From an uncultured Acidobacteriota bacterium (lineage in GTDB: Bacteria > Acidobacteriota > Thermoanaerobaculia > Multivoradales > SZUA-115): a stretch of 64,000 nucleotides of DNA. Location of the stretch: contig CAWDVR010000002.1 in the NCBI GenBank assembly GCA_963805975.1, forward strand, positions 864,001-928,000, in the 5' to 3' direction. The notes below the pieces were generated by a model. That model did no database searches, was not told the origin of the DNA, and saw nothing but the letters and a program-made list of their open reading frames with translations. The position numbers were made by a program, and so were the translations under genes. Below are positions 21,476 to 29,793 of this stretch, piece by piece. The first letter of the stretch is position 1, and the number at the start of each line of letters is the position of its first letter.

Positions 21476-21524
21476 CATGATCAGACAGCGGCATGATCAG
21501 ACAGCGGCACGATCAGAGAGCGGC
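21476..21524. repeat. 16 bp tandem repeat, three copies
   Basis: CATGATCAGACAGCGG / CATGATCAGACAGCGG / CACGATCAGAGAGCGG. Confidence 0.9.
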
Positions 21525-21593
21525 CGGTTCCCAGTGTCGAGGCCGGTCGCACCGGTGCGCCGCGAGCGGCGGGCTATACTCCGGCCGAACCCG

Positions 21594-22256
21594 ATGAACC
21601 TCCTTCATACCGCGCACGTGCCGGCCGGGGACGGGCCGTTCCCCACCGTGCTGGCCATCCATGGCTGGGGCGCCTCGGCGCACGACCTCCTGGGATTGGC
21701 GCCCGTCATCCACCGCGGCGAGGCGCTGGTGATCTGCCCGCAAGGGCCGGTCGAGGTGCCGGTGGGCGGCTCGGTGCCCGGTCATGGCTGGTTTCCCCTG
21801 CGGCCCGGCGCGCCGCCCAGCACCGAGGAGTTCCGTGCCGGCGCCGAGCGGCTGGACGAGTTCTTCGACCAGGCTCTCGAGCTCTACCCCGTCGATCGGC
21901 AGCGCGTCGCCCTCCTGGGCTTCAGCCAGGGGGGCGCGATGGCCTACGCGCTCGGCCTCGCACGGCCGCAGGCGGTGGCCGGCATCGCCGGGCTCTCGAC
22001 CTGGCTACCGCCGGATCTGGCCTCGGCCCTCCCCCGCCAGGAGGCGCACCAGGATCTGCCGGTCCTGGTCCTCCACGGCACGGAAGACCCGCTGGTGCCG
22101 GTGGAGCGCGCCCGCGAGTCGCGCGAGGCGCTGCGCAGCTTCGGCGTCAGCCTCACCTACCGCGAGATCGCCATGGCGCACGAGATCCGGCCCGAGGCTC
22201 TGCACGTGCTGATCGACTGGCTGGATCGCCGGGTGCTGGCCCCTTCACCCCGCTGA
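21594..22256 (+). CDS. Phospholipase/carboxylesterase (alpha/beta hydrolase)
   Basis: HGWG, GFSQGG nucleophile elbow, HGTEDPLV, MAHEI. -10 TATACT at 21575. Confidence 0.9.
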   Translation: MNLLHTAHVPAGDGPFPTVLAIHGWGASAHDLLGLAPVIHRGEALVICPQGPVEVPVGGSVPGHGWFPLRPGAPPSTEEFRAGAERLDEFFDQALELYPVDRQRVALLGFSQGGAMAYALGLARPQAVAGIAGLSTWLPPDLASALPRQEAHQDLPVLVLHGTEDPLVPVERARESREALRSFGVSLTYREIAMAHEIRPEALHVLIDWLDRRVLAPSPR

Positions 22257-22280
22257 TGCGGGAGAGCTAGGGTGAGGGGG
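22241..22280 (-). repeat. CCCTCACCC-type palindromic repeat (family A), degenerate
   Basis: Minus strand CCCCTCACCCTAGCTCTCCCGCATCAGCGGGGTGAAGGG; resembles the copies at 44760 and 56061. Confidence 0.65.
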
Positions 22281-23922
22281 CTCTCGGAAGCAGCGCCGTG
22301 CGCTCTACGCCGTCGCGGTCCGGCGGCACGGGGATGCCGGCGAGCACCGCCAGCGTGGGCGCCACGTCCACGGTAGAGACCGGCTGGGTCACCTTCCCCG
22401 CCCCCACGCCCGGCAGGCGCAGCAGCCACGGCACCCGGGCGTCGTAGTCGTATGGGCTGCCGTGCGTCGTTCCCGTGGTTCGCAGCGGCAGGAACCCTTC
22501 CTCGAACTGGAGCAGGACGTCCGGGCTGCGGTCGCGGTGAAAGCTGTTGGCATAGAGGCGGCCGAAGCGGTCGCCGCCTCCCCCCGACTCGAGCTCGCCG
22601 CGGGTCCACGCCCGCACCACCCCGGGGCAGGCGCCGGCCAGCTCGCGAACGGCGGCCTCGATCTCGCCGCGCGGGGCCGCCGCCTCGGCACCGGGCTCGA
22701 GGTAGCCGTAGGGGTTGAGGATGCGCTTCCCCCCGAACCGCTCGGCGAGCCGCCCGCCGACGCGTTGCAGGCAGAGCACGGTCTCGGCGCCGAGGCGCCG
22801 GCCCGGCTGCCCGTGGAGCTGCTGGTACTCGGGCAGCGGCACCACGCCGTGATCGGCGGACAGCGACACCAGCACGCGCTCGCGCCCCACCGTCTCGTCG
22901 ATCGCGGCCAGCAGCTCGCCCAGAGCCCGGTCCAGGTTGATCAGGGCGTCCACCAGCTCGGGGCTGTTCGGCCCCCAGGTATGGCCCACCGAGTCCACGG
23001 CCGAGAACGAGACCGCCAGGAGATCGACGTCGTCGTCCTGCCCCAGCTCCTCGCCCGCGAGCAACGCGGTGGCGAAGCGCGCCAGGTAGCGGTCGGCGAA
23101 GGGGGTATCCGAGAGATCCTCGTAGAAGTATTCCTCGGGCGCGAAACGCAGGCCGCCGGAGACGTGAGGAAAGCCGTCCGCGAAGACGCCGCGGTCCAGG
23201 GCTTCGATGCCGAGCTCGGAGAGCGGTGGAGCTCCCGGCGGCAGCTCCGCCGGGAGCCACTCGCGGCCCAGCTCGTGTGCCGCGAGCTGCTGGTCGTTGA
23301 AGGCCTCGAGCCAGCGCGGCTTGCCGCCCCGGTAGTAGCCGGAGCTGGTGATCTCGCCGTCCTCGTAATCCATCCAGAAAGCCGCGTCGGCACCCCGGCC
23401 CCCCAGGAAGATCGCCGAGCGGTCCTTGGCGCTGGCGGTGAACACCTTGGAGCGGCCGTTCGCCCGTTGCAACCAGTCGCCGAGCGCCGAGCCGAGCATC
23501 CTCTGCGGCGACTCGTCGAACTTCTCGTCGTCCACCGCGGCGATCCAGTCTTTTTTTGCCCGGTCCCACCAGCCGTTACTGACGATGCCGTGGTGGGCGG
23601 GGAAGAGGCCGGTCGCGAGCGTCGCGTGGCCGGGCGCCGTGGTGGTGATGGCGTGGTCGTGCCGCGCCTCGGTGAAAACCACCGATTGCTCGAGCAGGCG
23701 CGCCAGGCCGGCCGTGAACAGCGGCCGGAAGCGCTCGAGATAGTCGGCGCGCATCTGGTCGACCACCACGAACAGGATCAGCCGCACCTGAGACCGCGCG
23801 GCCGGGCGAGGCGCCGGTGCCTCGCAGCCGGAGATGCCAAGACCTAGAGCCAACAAGCTAAGAGCGGCGGTCGAAGCGCGGGCCGGGTGCCGTCCGAGGC
23901 GCGATGCGCTGGGGCTGGGCAT
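22267..23922 (-). CDS. Alkaline phosphatase superfamily (PafA/NPP-like) lipoprotein
   Basis: Lipobox ISGC, VVDQMRADY, TTTAPGHATL, AKDRSA, DSVGH, SADHG, HGSPYDYD. Confidence 0.9.
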   Translation of the reverse strand: MPSPSASRLGRHPARASTAALSLLALGLGISGCEAPAPRPAARSQVRLILFVVVDQMRADYLERFRPLFTAGLARLLEQSVVFTEARHDHAITTTAPGHATLATGLFPAHHGIVSNGWWDRAKKDWIAAVDDEKFDESPQRMLGSALGDWLQRANGRSKVFTASAKDRSAIFLGGRGADAAFWMDYEDGEITSSGYYRGGKPRWLEAFNDQQLAAHELGREWLPAELPPGAPPLSELGIEALDRGVFADGFPHVSGGLRFAPEEYFYEDLSDTPFADRYLARFATALLAGEELGQDDDVDLLAVSFSAVDSVGHTWGPNSPELVDALINLDRALGELLAAIDETVGRERVLVSLSADHGVVPLPEYQQLHGQPGRRLGAETVLCLQRVGGRLAERFGGKRILNPYGYLEPGAEAAAPRGEIEAAVRELAGACPGVVRAWTRGELESGGGGDRFGRLYANSFHRDRSPDVLLQFEEGFLPLRTTGTTHGSPYDYDARVPWLLRLPGVGAGKVTQPVSTVDVAPTLAVLAGIPVPPDRDGVERTALLPRAPSP

Positions 23923-23999
23923 GTTTTGAAACCTTTCCCTAAGAGGCTGTCTACTCTCTCACCGTCTCGAGCAACTTGGGTAGTAGAGCCCCACACAGC

Positions 24000-25889
24000 A
24001 TGGAGACCTGCTCCCTCTTATCGCTCGCGGCGTTCACGTCGACGGCGGCCACGCCAGCTTCTTCGAAGCCCGTGCTCGCCGCGGTGGCCGTCCTCCTCGG
24101 GCTCCTGGCCGCGCTTTCGGCGGGCCGGTTCCTCCGCCGTCGCCACCGTGCCCCGGTGCCGGGGGAGGAGGCCCTGGCCGGCCTGATGGCCCATCTGCCG
24201 GGCATGGTGTACCGCTGCCGGCAGGACGGCGCGGTCGAGCTCGCGAGCTCGGGCGCCGCCGAGCTGACCGGCTACACGCCCGAGGACTTTACCGCGGGCG
24301 GCACCCAGCTTCGCGGCCTCGTCCACGCCGAGGACCGCGGCATGGTCGAGGCCGAGATCCGGGCCGCGGTCGAGGCGCGGCGGCCCTACCAGATGATCTA
24401 TCGCCTGCTGACCAGGGACGGCACACAGCGTTGGGCCTGGGAGACCGGCCAGCCGGTGGGCGAGGCGGAAGCGCTCCGCCTCGAGGGGCTCATCACCGAC
24501 ATCACGGCCCGCAAGACGACCGAGGACCGGCTCCTGCACGAGGCCCTCCACGATCCGCTGACGGACCTTCCCAACCGCAGCCTGCTGATCGAGCGCCTGG
24601 GCGGACTGATCCGCCGCTCCCTGCGCCGCCCGCTCCCAGCCTTCGCCTTGCTCTACGTGGACCTCGATCGCTTCCAGTTGATCAGCGACTCGCTGGGCCG
24701 CGAGCTGGGCGACCAGGTGCTGCAGGCCACGGCGCGGCGGCTCCAGGCCTGCCTGCGGCAGGAGGACACGGTGGCGCGAATGGGAGGCGACGAGTTCGTC
24801 GTCCTGCTCGAAGAGGTGGCGAGCGCCAGCGACGCGGTGCGGGTCGCCCACCGCCTGGGCGAGGTGGTGGGCCTGCCGCTCTACCTGGCGGGAGAAGAGG
24901 TGACGCTGACGGCGTCGATCGGCATCGCCTCGAGCCTCAGCGGCTACGAGAGCCCGGAGCACCCGCTGCGCGACGCTGAGATCGCGCTGCGCCGCGCCAA
25001 GGCCCAGGGTGGCGGCGGCCAGCAGCTCTTCGACAGCGCCATGCACGCCGCGGCGCTCAGCCAGATGCGGCTCGAGACCGACCTGCGCCGCGCCCTGAAG
25101 CACCAGGAGCTGCGCCTCCTCTACCAGCCGATCTTCGAGCTGCCCAGCGGGCGCCTCGCCGGCTTCGAGGCCCTGCTGCGCTGGCAGCGTCAGGACCAAT
25201 TGCTGCTGCCAGCCGACTTCCTGGCGACCGCCCAGGAGACCGGCCTCATCGTGCCGATGAGCTGGTGGGTGCTCTCCGAGGCCTGCCGGCAGATCCTCGC
25301 CTGGCAACGCCGCTTTCCGGCACACCGCGCGCTCTACGTGAGCGTCAACCTGACCAGCCAGCAGCTCGGCCGCCCCGATCTCAGGGACCGGGTGCGCAAC
25401 GTGCTCCAGGCCAACGGTCTGTCGCCGCAGAGCCTGCGCATCGAGGTCACCGAGAGCGTGGTCATGGAGCGCACGGACTCCGTGGTGGCCACCCTGGCCG
25501 GTCTCCGCGAGATGGGCATCCACATCTCGCTCGACGACTTCGGCACCGGCTACTCCTCGCTGTCGCTTCTCCGCCAGCTCCCGATCGCCAGCCTCAAGAT
25601 CGACCGCTCCTTCGTCTCGACGCTCGAGGCGAGAACCGCCAGCCTCGAGATCGTGCGCGCGCTGGTGGCCCTGGCTCACAACCTCGGGCTGTCGGTGGTG
25701 GCCGAGGGCGTCGAGACCGCCGAGCAGCGGAAGGTGCTCACCGAGCTCGGCTGCGACGACGCTCAGGGCTTCCTCCTCGCCCGGCCGCTGACCGCCGCGG
25801 CGGTCGAGGAGCTGCTGGCCGAGGAGCTGTTCGCCGACGAGGCGCTGTTCAACGACGACGGCCGGGCCGGCGAGCTTCGTTCCGCCTAG
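24000..25889 (+). CDS. PAS-GGDEF-EAL diguanylate cyclase/phosphodiesterase
   Basis: TM segment, PAS domain, HDPLTDLPNR, GGDEF, EALLRW, DDFGTGYSS, AEGVET. Confidence 0.93.
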   Translation: METCSLLSLAAFTSTAATPASSKPVLAAVAVLLGLLAALSAGRFLRRRHRAPVPGEEALAGLMAHLPGMVYRCRQDGAVELASSGAAELTGYTPEDFTAGGTQLRGLVHAEDRGMVEAEIRAAVEARRPYQMIYRLLTRDGTQRWAWETGQPVGEAEALRLEGLITDITARKTTEDRLLHEALHDPLTDLPNRSLLIERLGGLIRRSLRRPLPAFALLYVDLDRFQLISDSLGRELGDQVLQATARRLQACLRQEDTVARMGGDEFVVLLEEVASASDAVRVAHRLGEVVGLPLYLAGEEVTLTASIGIASSLSGYESPEHPLRDAEIALRRAKAQGGGGQQLFDSAMHAAALSQMRLETDLRRALKHQELRLLYQPIFELPSGRLAGFEALLRWQRQDQLLLPADFLATAQETGLIVPMSWWVLSEACRQILAWQRRFPAHRALYVSVNLTSQQLGRPDLRDRVRNVLQANGLSPQSLRIEVTESVVMERTDSVVATLAGLREMGIHISLDDFGTGYSSLSLLRQLPIASLKIDRSFVSTLEARTASLEIVRALVALAHNLGLSVVAEGVETAEQRKVLTELGCDDAQGFLLARPLTAAAVEELLAEELFADEALFNDDGRAGELRSA

Positions 25890-25955
25890 GCCGGCGCACC
25901 CGAGGCATCCTGTATCCTTCGGCACGGCCGCTGGCAGGCCGCGGGAGGGACCAGG

Positions 25956-27575
25956 ATGGGACCGGATCTTACGGGCAGGGAAGCGCTGGGGCCGATCGCG
26001 GAGGACGTCGAGCGGGCGCTCGCCGCGCTCACTGAAGAGCACATCGTCGAACGCATCTGGGCCCGGGACCCGGAGGTCTGGGGCAAGGGATCCACCGAGG
26101 TCGTGGACCGGCTCGGCTGGCTGACGGTGGTCGACACCATGGCGCCGCGGGCCCTCGAGCTCGCCGCTTTCGCGGCCGACGTGCTCGCGGCGGAGCTCGA
26201 CGACGTCGTGCTCCTCGGCATGGGTGGCTCGAGCCTCGGCGCGGAGGTGCTGCGTGGCGCCTTCGGTTCTGCAGCCGGCTTCCCGCGCCTCACCGTCCTG
26301 GATTCGACCGTGCCCGGGTGGGTGCGCGGCGTGCGCCAGGCGATCGACCCGACGCGCACGCTCTTCCTGGTGGGCAGCAAGTCCGGCACCACGGCCGAGA
26401 TCCAGGCCTTCTTTCAATATTTCTGGGCCGAGACCGAGAAGGTCGTGGGCGCCGCGGCCGGCAGCCACTTCGTGGCGGTCACCGACCCCGCCACGGCCCT
26501 CGGCGCCACCGCCGGCGCCAAGGGCTTCCGGCACGTGTTCGAGAACCCGGCCGACATCGGCGGGCGGTTCAGCGTGCTCTCCTACTTCGGGCTGGTGCCG
26601 GCGGCGCTCCTCGGTCTCGACCTCGAGCGCTTCCTGGTGCGGGCCATGTCCATGACCCGCGCCTCGAACGCCGGCGCGCCCCCTCTCCAGAACCCCGGCG
26701 CGAGGCTGGGCGCCATCCTCGGCGCCGCGGCCCTGGCCGGCCGCGACCAGGCGACGATCTACACCTCGCCGCGCCTCGCGGCCTTCGGTCTGTGGGCGGA
26801 GCAGCTCGTGGCCGAGAGCACCGGCAAGGAGGGCCGCGGCATCCTGCCCATCGCCGGCGAGCCCTTCGGCGACAGCGCCGCGTACCGGCAGGATCGGCTC
26901 TTCGTGGCCCTGCGCCTCGAGGGCGACGACAACGCGGCGCTCGACGCCCATCTCGCGGCGCTCGAAGCGGCCGGCCAGCCGGTGGTCGTGCTGGCCCTGA
27001 TGGACGTCTACGACCTGGCCGGCGAGCTCTTCCGCTGGCAGATGGCGACCGCCGTCGCCGGCCATCTGCTGGGCGTGCACCCCTTCGACCAGCCGGACGT
27101 CGAGTCGGCGAAGCGCATCACCAAGGCGCTGCTCGCCGAGTTCCGGGAGACGGGCCTCCTCCCCGAGCTCGACGCCGGCCCGAGCCTCACCGAGGCCCTG
27201 GCCGCGAAGAGCCCCTCGTTCGTGGCCTTCATGGCCTATCTCCCCGCCTCACCCCGCCTCGAGACCGAGATCACCGAGCTGCGCCTCGCCCTCCTCGACC
27301 GGCACCGCCTCGCGACCACCTTCGGCTACGCACCGCGCATGCTGCACTCGACCGGGCAGTACCACAAAGGCGGCCCGGCGACCGGCCTCTACGTGCAGCT
27401 CGTGCCGGCCGAGGAGGGCGACGACCTCCCCATCCCCGGCGAGCCCTACGGCTTCGGCACCCTGGCCCACGCCCAGAGCCTCGGCGACGCGCGGGCGCTG
27501 GCAGAGAAAGGGCGCCTGTGCCTGCGGATCGCGTGGCGGGAGGGGGCGGCGGAGGGATTGCTCGCGGCGCTCTGA
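25956..27575 (+). CDS. pgi: Glucose-6-phosphate isomerase (Tal-Pgi-type PGI half)
   Basis: RLGWL, GMGGSSLG, SKSGTT, IGGRFSVLS, QLVAESTGK, PFDQPDVE. Confidence 0.88.
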   Translation: MGPDLTGREALGPIAEDVERALAALTEEHIVERIWARDPEVWGKGSTEVVDRLGWLTVVDTMAPRALELAAFAADVLAAELDDVVLLGMGGSSLGAEVLRGAFGSAAGFPRLTVLDSTVPGWVRGVRQAIDPTRTLFLVGSKSGTTAEIQAFFQYFWAETEKVVGAAAGSHFVAVTDPATALGATAGAKGFRHVFENPADIGGRFSVLSYFGLVPAALLGLDLERFLVRAMSMTRASNAGAPPLQNPGARLGAILGAAALAGRDQATIYTSPRLAAFGLWAEQLVAESTGKEGRGILPIAGEPFGDSAAYRQDRLFVALRLEGDDNAALDAHLAALEAAGQPVVVLALMDVYDLAGELFRWQMATAVAGHLLGVHPFDQPDVESAKRITKALLAEFRETGLLPELDAGPSLTEALAAKSPSFVAFMAYLPASPRLETEITELRLALLDRHRLATTFGYAPRMLHSTGQYHKGGPATGLYVQLVPAEEGDDLPIPGEPYGFGTLAHAQSLGDARALAEKGRLCLRIAWREGAAEGLLAAL

Positions 27576-29183
27576 TTACTGTGCGGAGCCCCGCCTCCTG
27601 GGGGGTCGCGGCGGAGGGATGGCAGCGGCCTTGTCCCGCTCGTAGACCACCGTCCAGTCAACGCTCTCGGGGTGAAACCTTGCCACCTCCCTGTAACCGC
27701 TCTGAAACCATGAGGTGGTCGTGATCGGCCCCATGAATCCATCGAGGCCCGGGCGATTGATGACGAACTTCGTCGGCTTCGCGAGGAACGCGCCGAGAAG
27801 ATCGTCCTCTGCGACATAGGGCACAGATCGCGGCGAGACCAGCCCCAGGAGATCCTCCACGGGACGGTCGCTGAAGTAAGCGAGCGTGCCGACCTCGACG
27901 AAGGAGATCGCGTCGGTCGGCTCCGAATGCCCCCGGATCCACTCGCCCGCCTCCCGATAGCCCTCGTAGTGGGGCTGAAACTTCGCCCCTCGCAGCCATT
28001 TCCGCTCACTCGCGACCATGCTCGGGAGGAGCAGGAAAAGCAGCAGGCTCGTGCCGACAATCGCCGTCGGCCTGCCCCAGGCGCCTGGCCAGGCCCGCAC
28101 CACGAGCCGGCCCCCGAAGCAGAGGGAGAACGCGCACCCATAGGTTGCGGCGACGATCAACGGCACTGCGTACCAGGTGGCGAAGACGACTCCGAGAAAG
28201 GGATAGATCAGAGCCGAGGAGAGGCCGTACAGCGCGATCACGCGGCCCACGCGGCCAGCACGGAGGACCATCAGCACCGAGCCCAGGAGGCCCAGCGTTA
28301 CCAGGACTTCGAAGTGTGGCCCGAGATGGCGGCGGACGATCTGCACCGCCGGCTCCCACCACGCCAGCCATTGGCTCTCGACAGGCGGCCGGAGCCTCTT
28401 GGCCAGCAACGTGTTCGGCAAGACCGAGCCGAAGTAAGCCCAGGCCAAGGCCAGACCCAGGAGCACGACTGCCGCGGCCGCCAGGCCGTATCGCCACGGC
28501 AGACGCTTCCTCTCGATCGACAGCACGGCCCCCAAGACGACAACGGCGAGCAGTGAATCCGGTCGCATCCACACTGCGAGACCGGCCAGAGCACCACACC
28601 ACACGGGGGCGCGCTCTCCGATCATCGCCGCCACGGCGAGGAGCGCCAGAACCACGAACACCTCGGCACCACGGCAGCCCCACAAGAGCGTGCTCCCCAG
28701 GGCGAGCGTGCCCCCGAGCACCGCCTCGGGGAGCCAATCCCCCCTCGAGGCCTCGCGCAGGAGCACGACTGCCAGCACGAGCAGAGAGAGCCCGGTCGAT
28801 ATCGTTCCCCACCAGGGAACCGGGATGGTCGTGATGCTACGCAGAGATGCCAGCAGCAGTCCCATTCCCGGCGCCGTGGTGCCGAAGACTCTTTCTCCCG
28901 GATTGAAAACGAAGCCGTTGCCACTCGCGAGATTCTCGGCGTAGCGATAGGTGATGAAAAAATCGTCGAGCCCCGTGCCCCCGAGGTGCAGGACGAAGTA
29001 GCCCGCCAGGGAAAGCCAGAGGCTCGCGACCACAGCCGGAAGCACGATCCCGGTCCGGAGGAGCGCGGCCTCTTCCTGCGGCAGCTTCGCATCGCTAGGC
29101 ACTGAGCTGTCCCGACCTTTCTTGGTAGCCGGCACCGCCAGGATCGGCGACGCATCGGTCTCTTGCCCTGCCTCCGTGACCAT
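27576..29183 (-). CDS. Polytopic GT-C-type membrane glycosyltransferase
   Basis: DDFFITYRYAENLASGNGFVFNPGERVFGTT loop, many TMs, RPD, PNT..AK, DLLGLV. Start uncertain. Confidence 0.8.
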   Translation of the reverse strand: MVTEAGQETDASPILAVPATKKGRDSSVPSDAKLPQEEAALLRTGIVLPAVVASLWLSLAGYFVLHLGGTGLDDFFITYRYAENLASGNGFVFNPGERVFGTTAPGMGLLLASLRSITTIPVPWWGTISTGLSLLVLAVVLLREASRGDWLPEAVLGGTLALGSTLLWGCRGAEVFVVLALLAVAAMIGERAPVWCGALAGLAVWMRPDSLLAVVVLGAVLSIERKRLPWRYGLAAAAVVLLGLALAWAYFGSVLPNTLLAKRLRPPVESQWLAWWEPAVQIVRRHLGPHFEVLVTLGLLGSVLMVLRAGRVGRVIALYGLSSALIYPFLGVVFATWYAVPLIVAATYGCAFSLCFGGRLVVRAWPGAWGRPTAIVGTSLLLFLLLPSMVASERKWLRGAKFQPHYEGYREAGEWIRGHSEPTDAISFVEVGTLAYFSDRPVEDLLGLVSPRSVPYVAEDDLLGAFLAKPTKFVINRPGLDGFMGPITTTSWFQSGYREVARFHPESVDWTVVYERDKAAAIPPPRPPRRRGSAQ

Positions 29184-29208
29184 TTCGTAACCTACCCTAC
29201 CCCCCGAA

Positions 29209-29372
29209 GTCATCCCGAGCGGGGCGAGGGACCCGGGGGGAGGCTGGCGCGTTGACGCCGTGAACCGAGCGACGATCGCAACCTCTTCTGATTCTGAGGT
29301 TTGCAAGATCCATCTCGCCGTGATGCCAGGTCAGTTCCCACCACCCAGATCCTTCGCTTCGCTCAGGATGAC
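29209..29372. repeat. GTCATCC-type inverted-repeat element (family C)
   Basis: GTCATCCCGAGCGGGGCGAGGGACC at 29209 pairs imperfectly with AGATCCTTCGCTTCGCTCAGGATGAC ending at 29372. Confidence 0.75.
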
Positions 29373-29438
29373 AACCGGGGGGACATCGACGTCGATCCTC
29401 GGGCCGAACTCGGGCGAGGCTCCGAAGCTCACGACCTT

Positions 29439-29696
29439 TCAGCGCTCCCACGGGTGCCGAAGGCATTCAGTCGTGGCACTCATGGCTTCAGTCTCCTCGA
29501 GAAGGGCCGGATCGGGAGGTAAAGAGCGCAGCAACTGTGAGATCACGGCTCTCGAGACCCACTGGCGCTTCTGCAACGGGCCCAGCACGGCGACCGGCCG
29601 GCCGCCTACGGTGATCTCGAAGTGCTCGCCCGCCTCCGCCCGGCGCAGGATCTTGCCGGTCTGATTCCGGAGCTCGCGCCGCGCGATCGTGCGCAT
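29439..29696 (-). CDS. Phd/YefM family antitoxin, orphan
   Basis: MRTIARRELRNQTGKILRRAEAGEHFEITVGGRPVAVLGP; no toxin ORF downstream. Confidence 0.8.
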   Translation of the reverse strand: MRTIARRELRNQTGKILRRAEAGEHFEITVGGRPVAVLGPLQKRQWVSRAVISQLLRSLPPDPALLEETEAMSATTECLRHPWER

Positions 29697-29740
29697 AGAG
29701 CCCGGACCGTACCATCGTTGCGACGGGGCGCGAGGCCTCT

Positions 29741-29773
29741 CCGAAGTGCCAGCCGAATCGGCTGGCACCTCGG
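29741..29773. terminator. Hairpin downstream of the S8 peptidase gene
   Basis: GTGCCAGCCGA-A-TCGGCTGGCAC core extended by CCGA/TCGG. Confidence 0.55.
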
Positions 29774-29793
29774 GAGGGATCAAATCGGGAGGC

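Noticed and set aside
21476-21524. Possible CRISPR mini-array
   Set aside because: The 16 bp units are contiguous with no spacers, and no cas genes are present.
23923-23999. c-di-GMP riboswitch upstream of the GGDEF/EAL gene
   Set aside because: The gap is short and lacks GEMM-type conserved motifs.
24018-27080. 1020 aa minus-strand ORF and similar very long ORFs (5980-8382, 33855-36158, 48270-50468, 53367-55730, 5' part of 56201-59200)
   Set aside because: Antisense or alternate-frame shadows of well-supported genes. Stop codons are rare in GC-rich DNA and these translations show no recognisable motifs.
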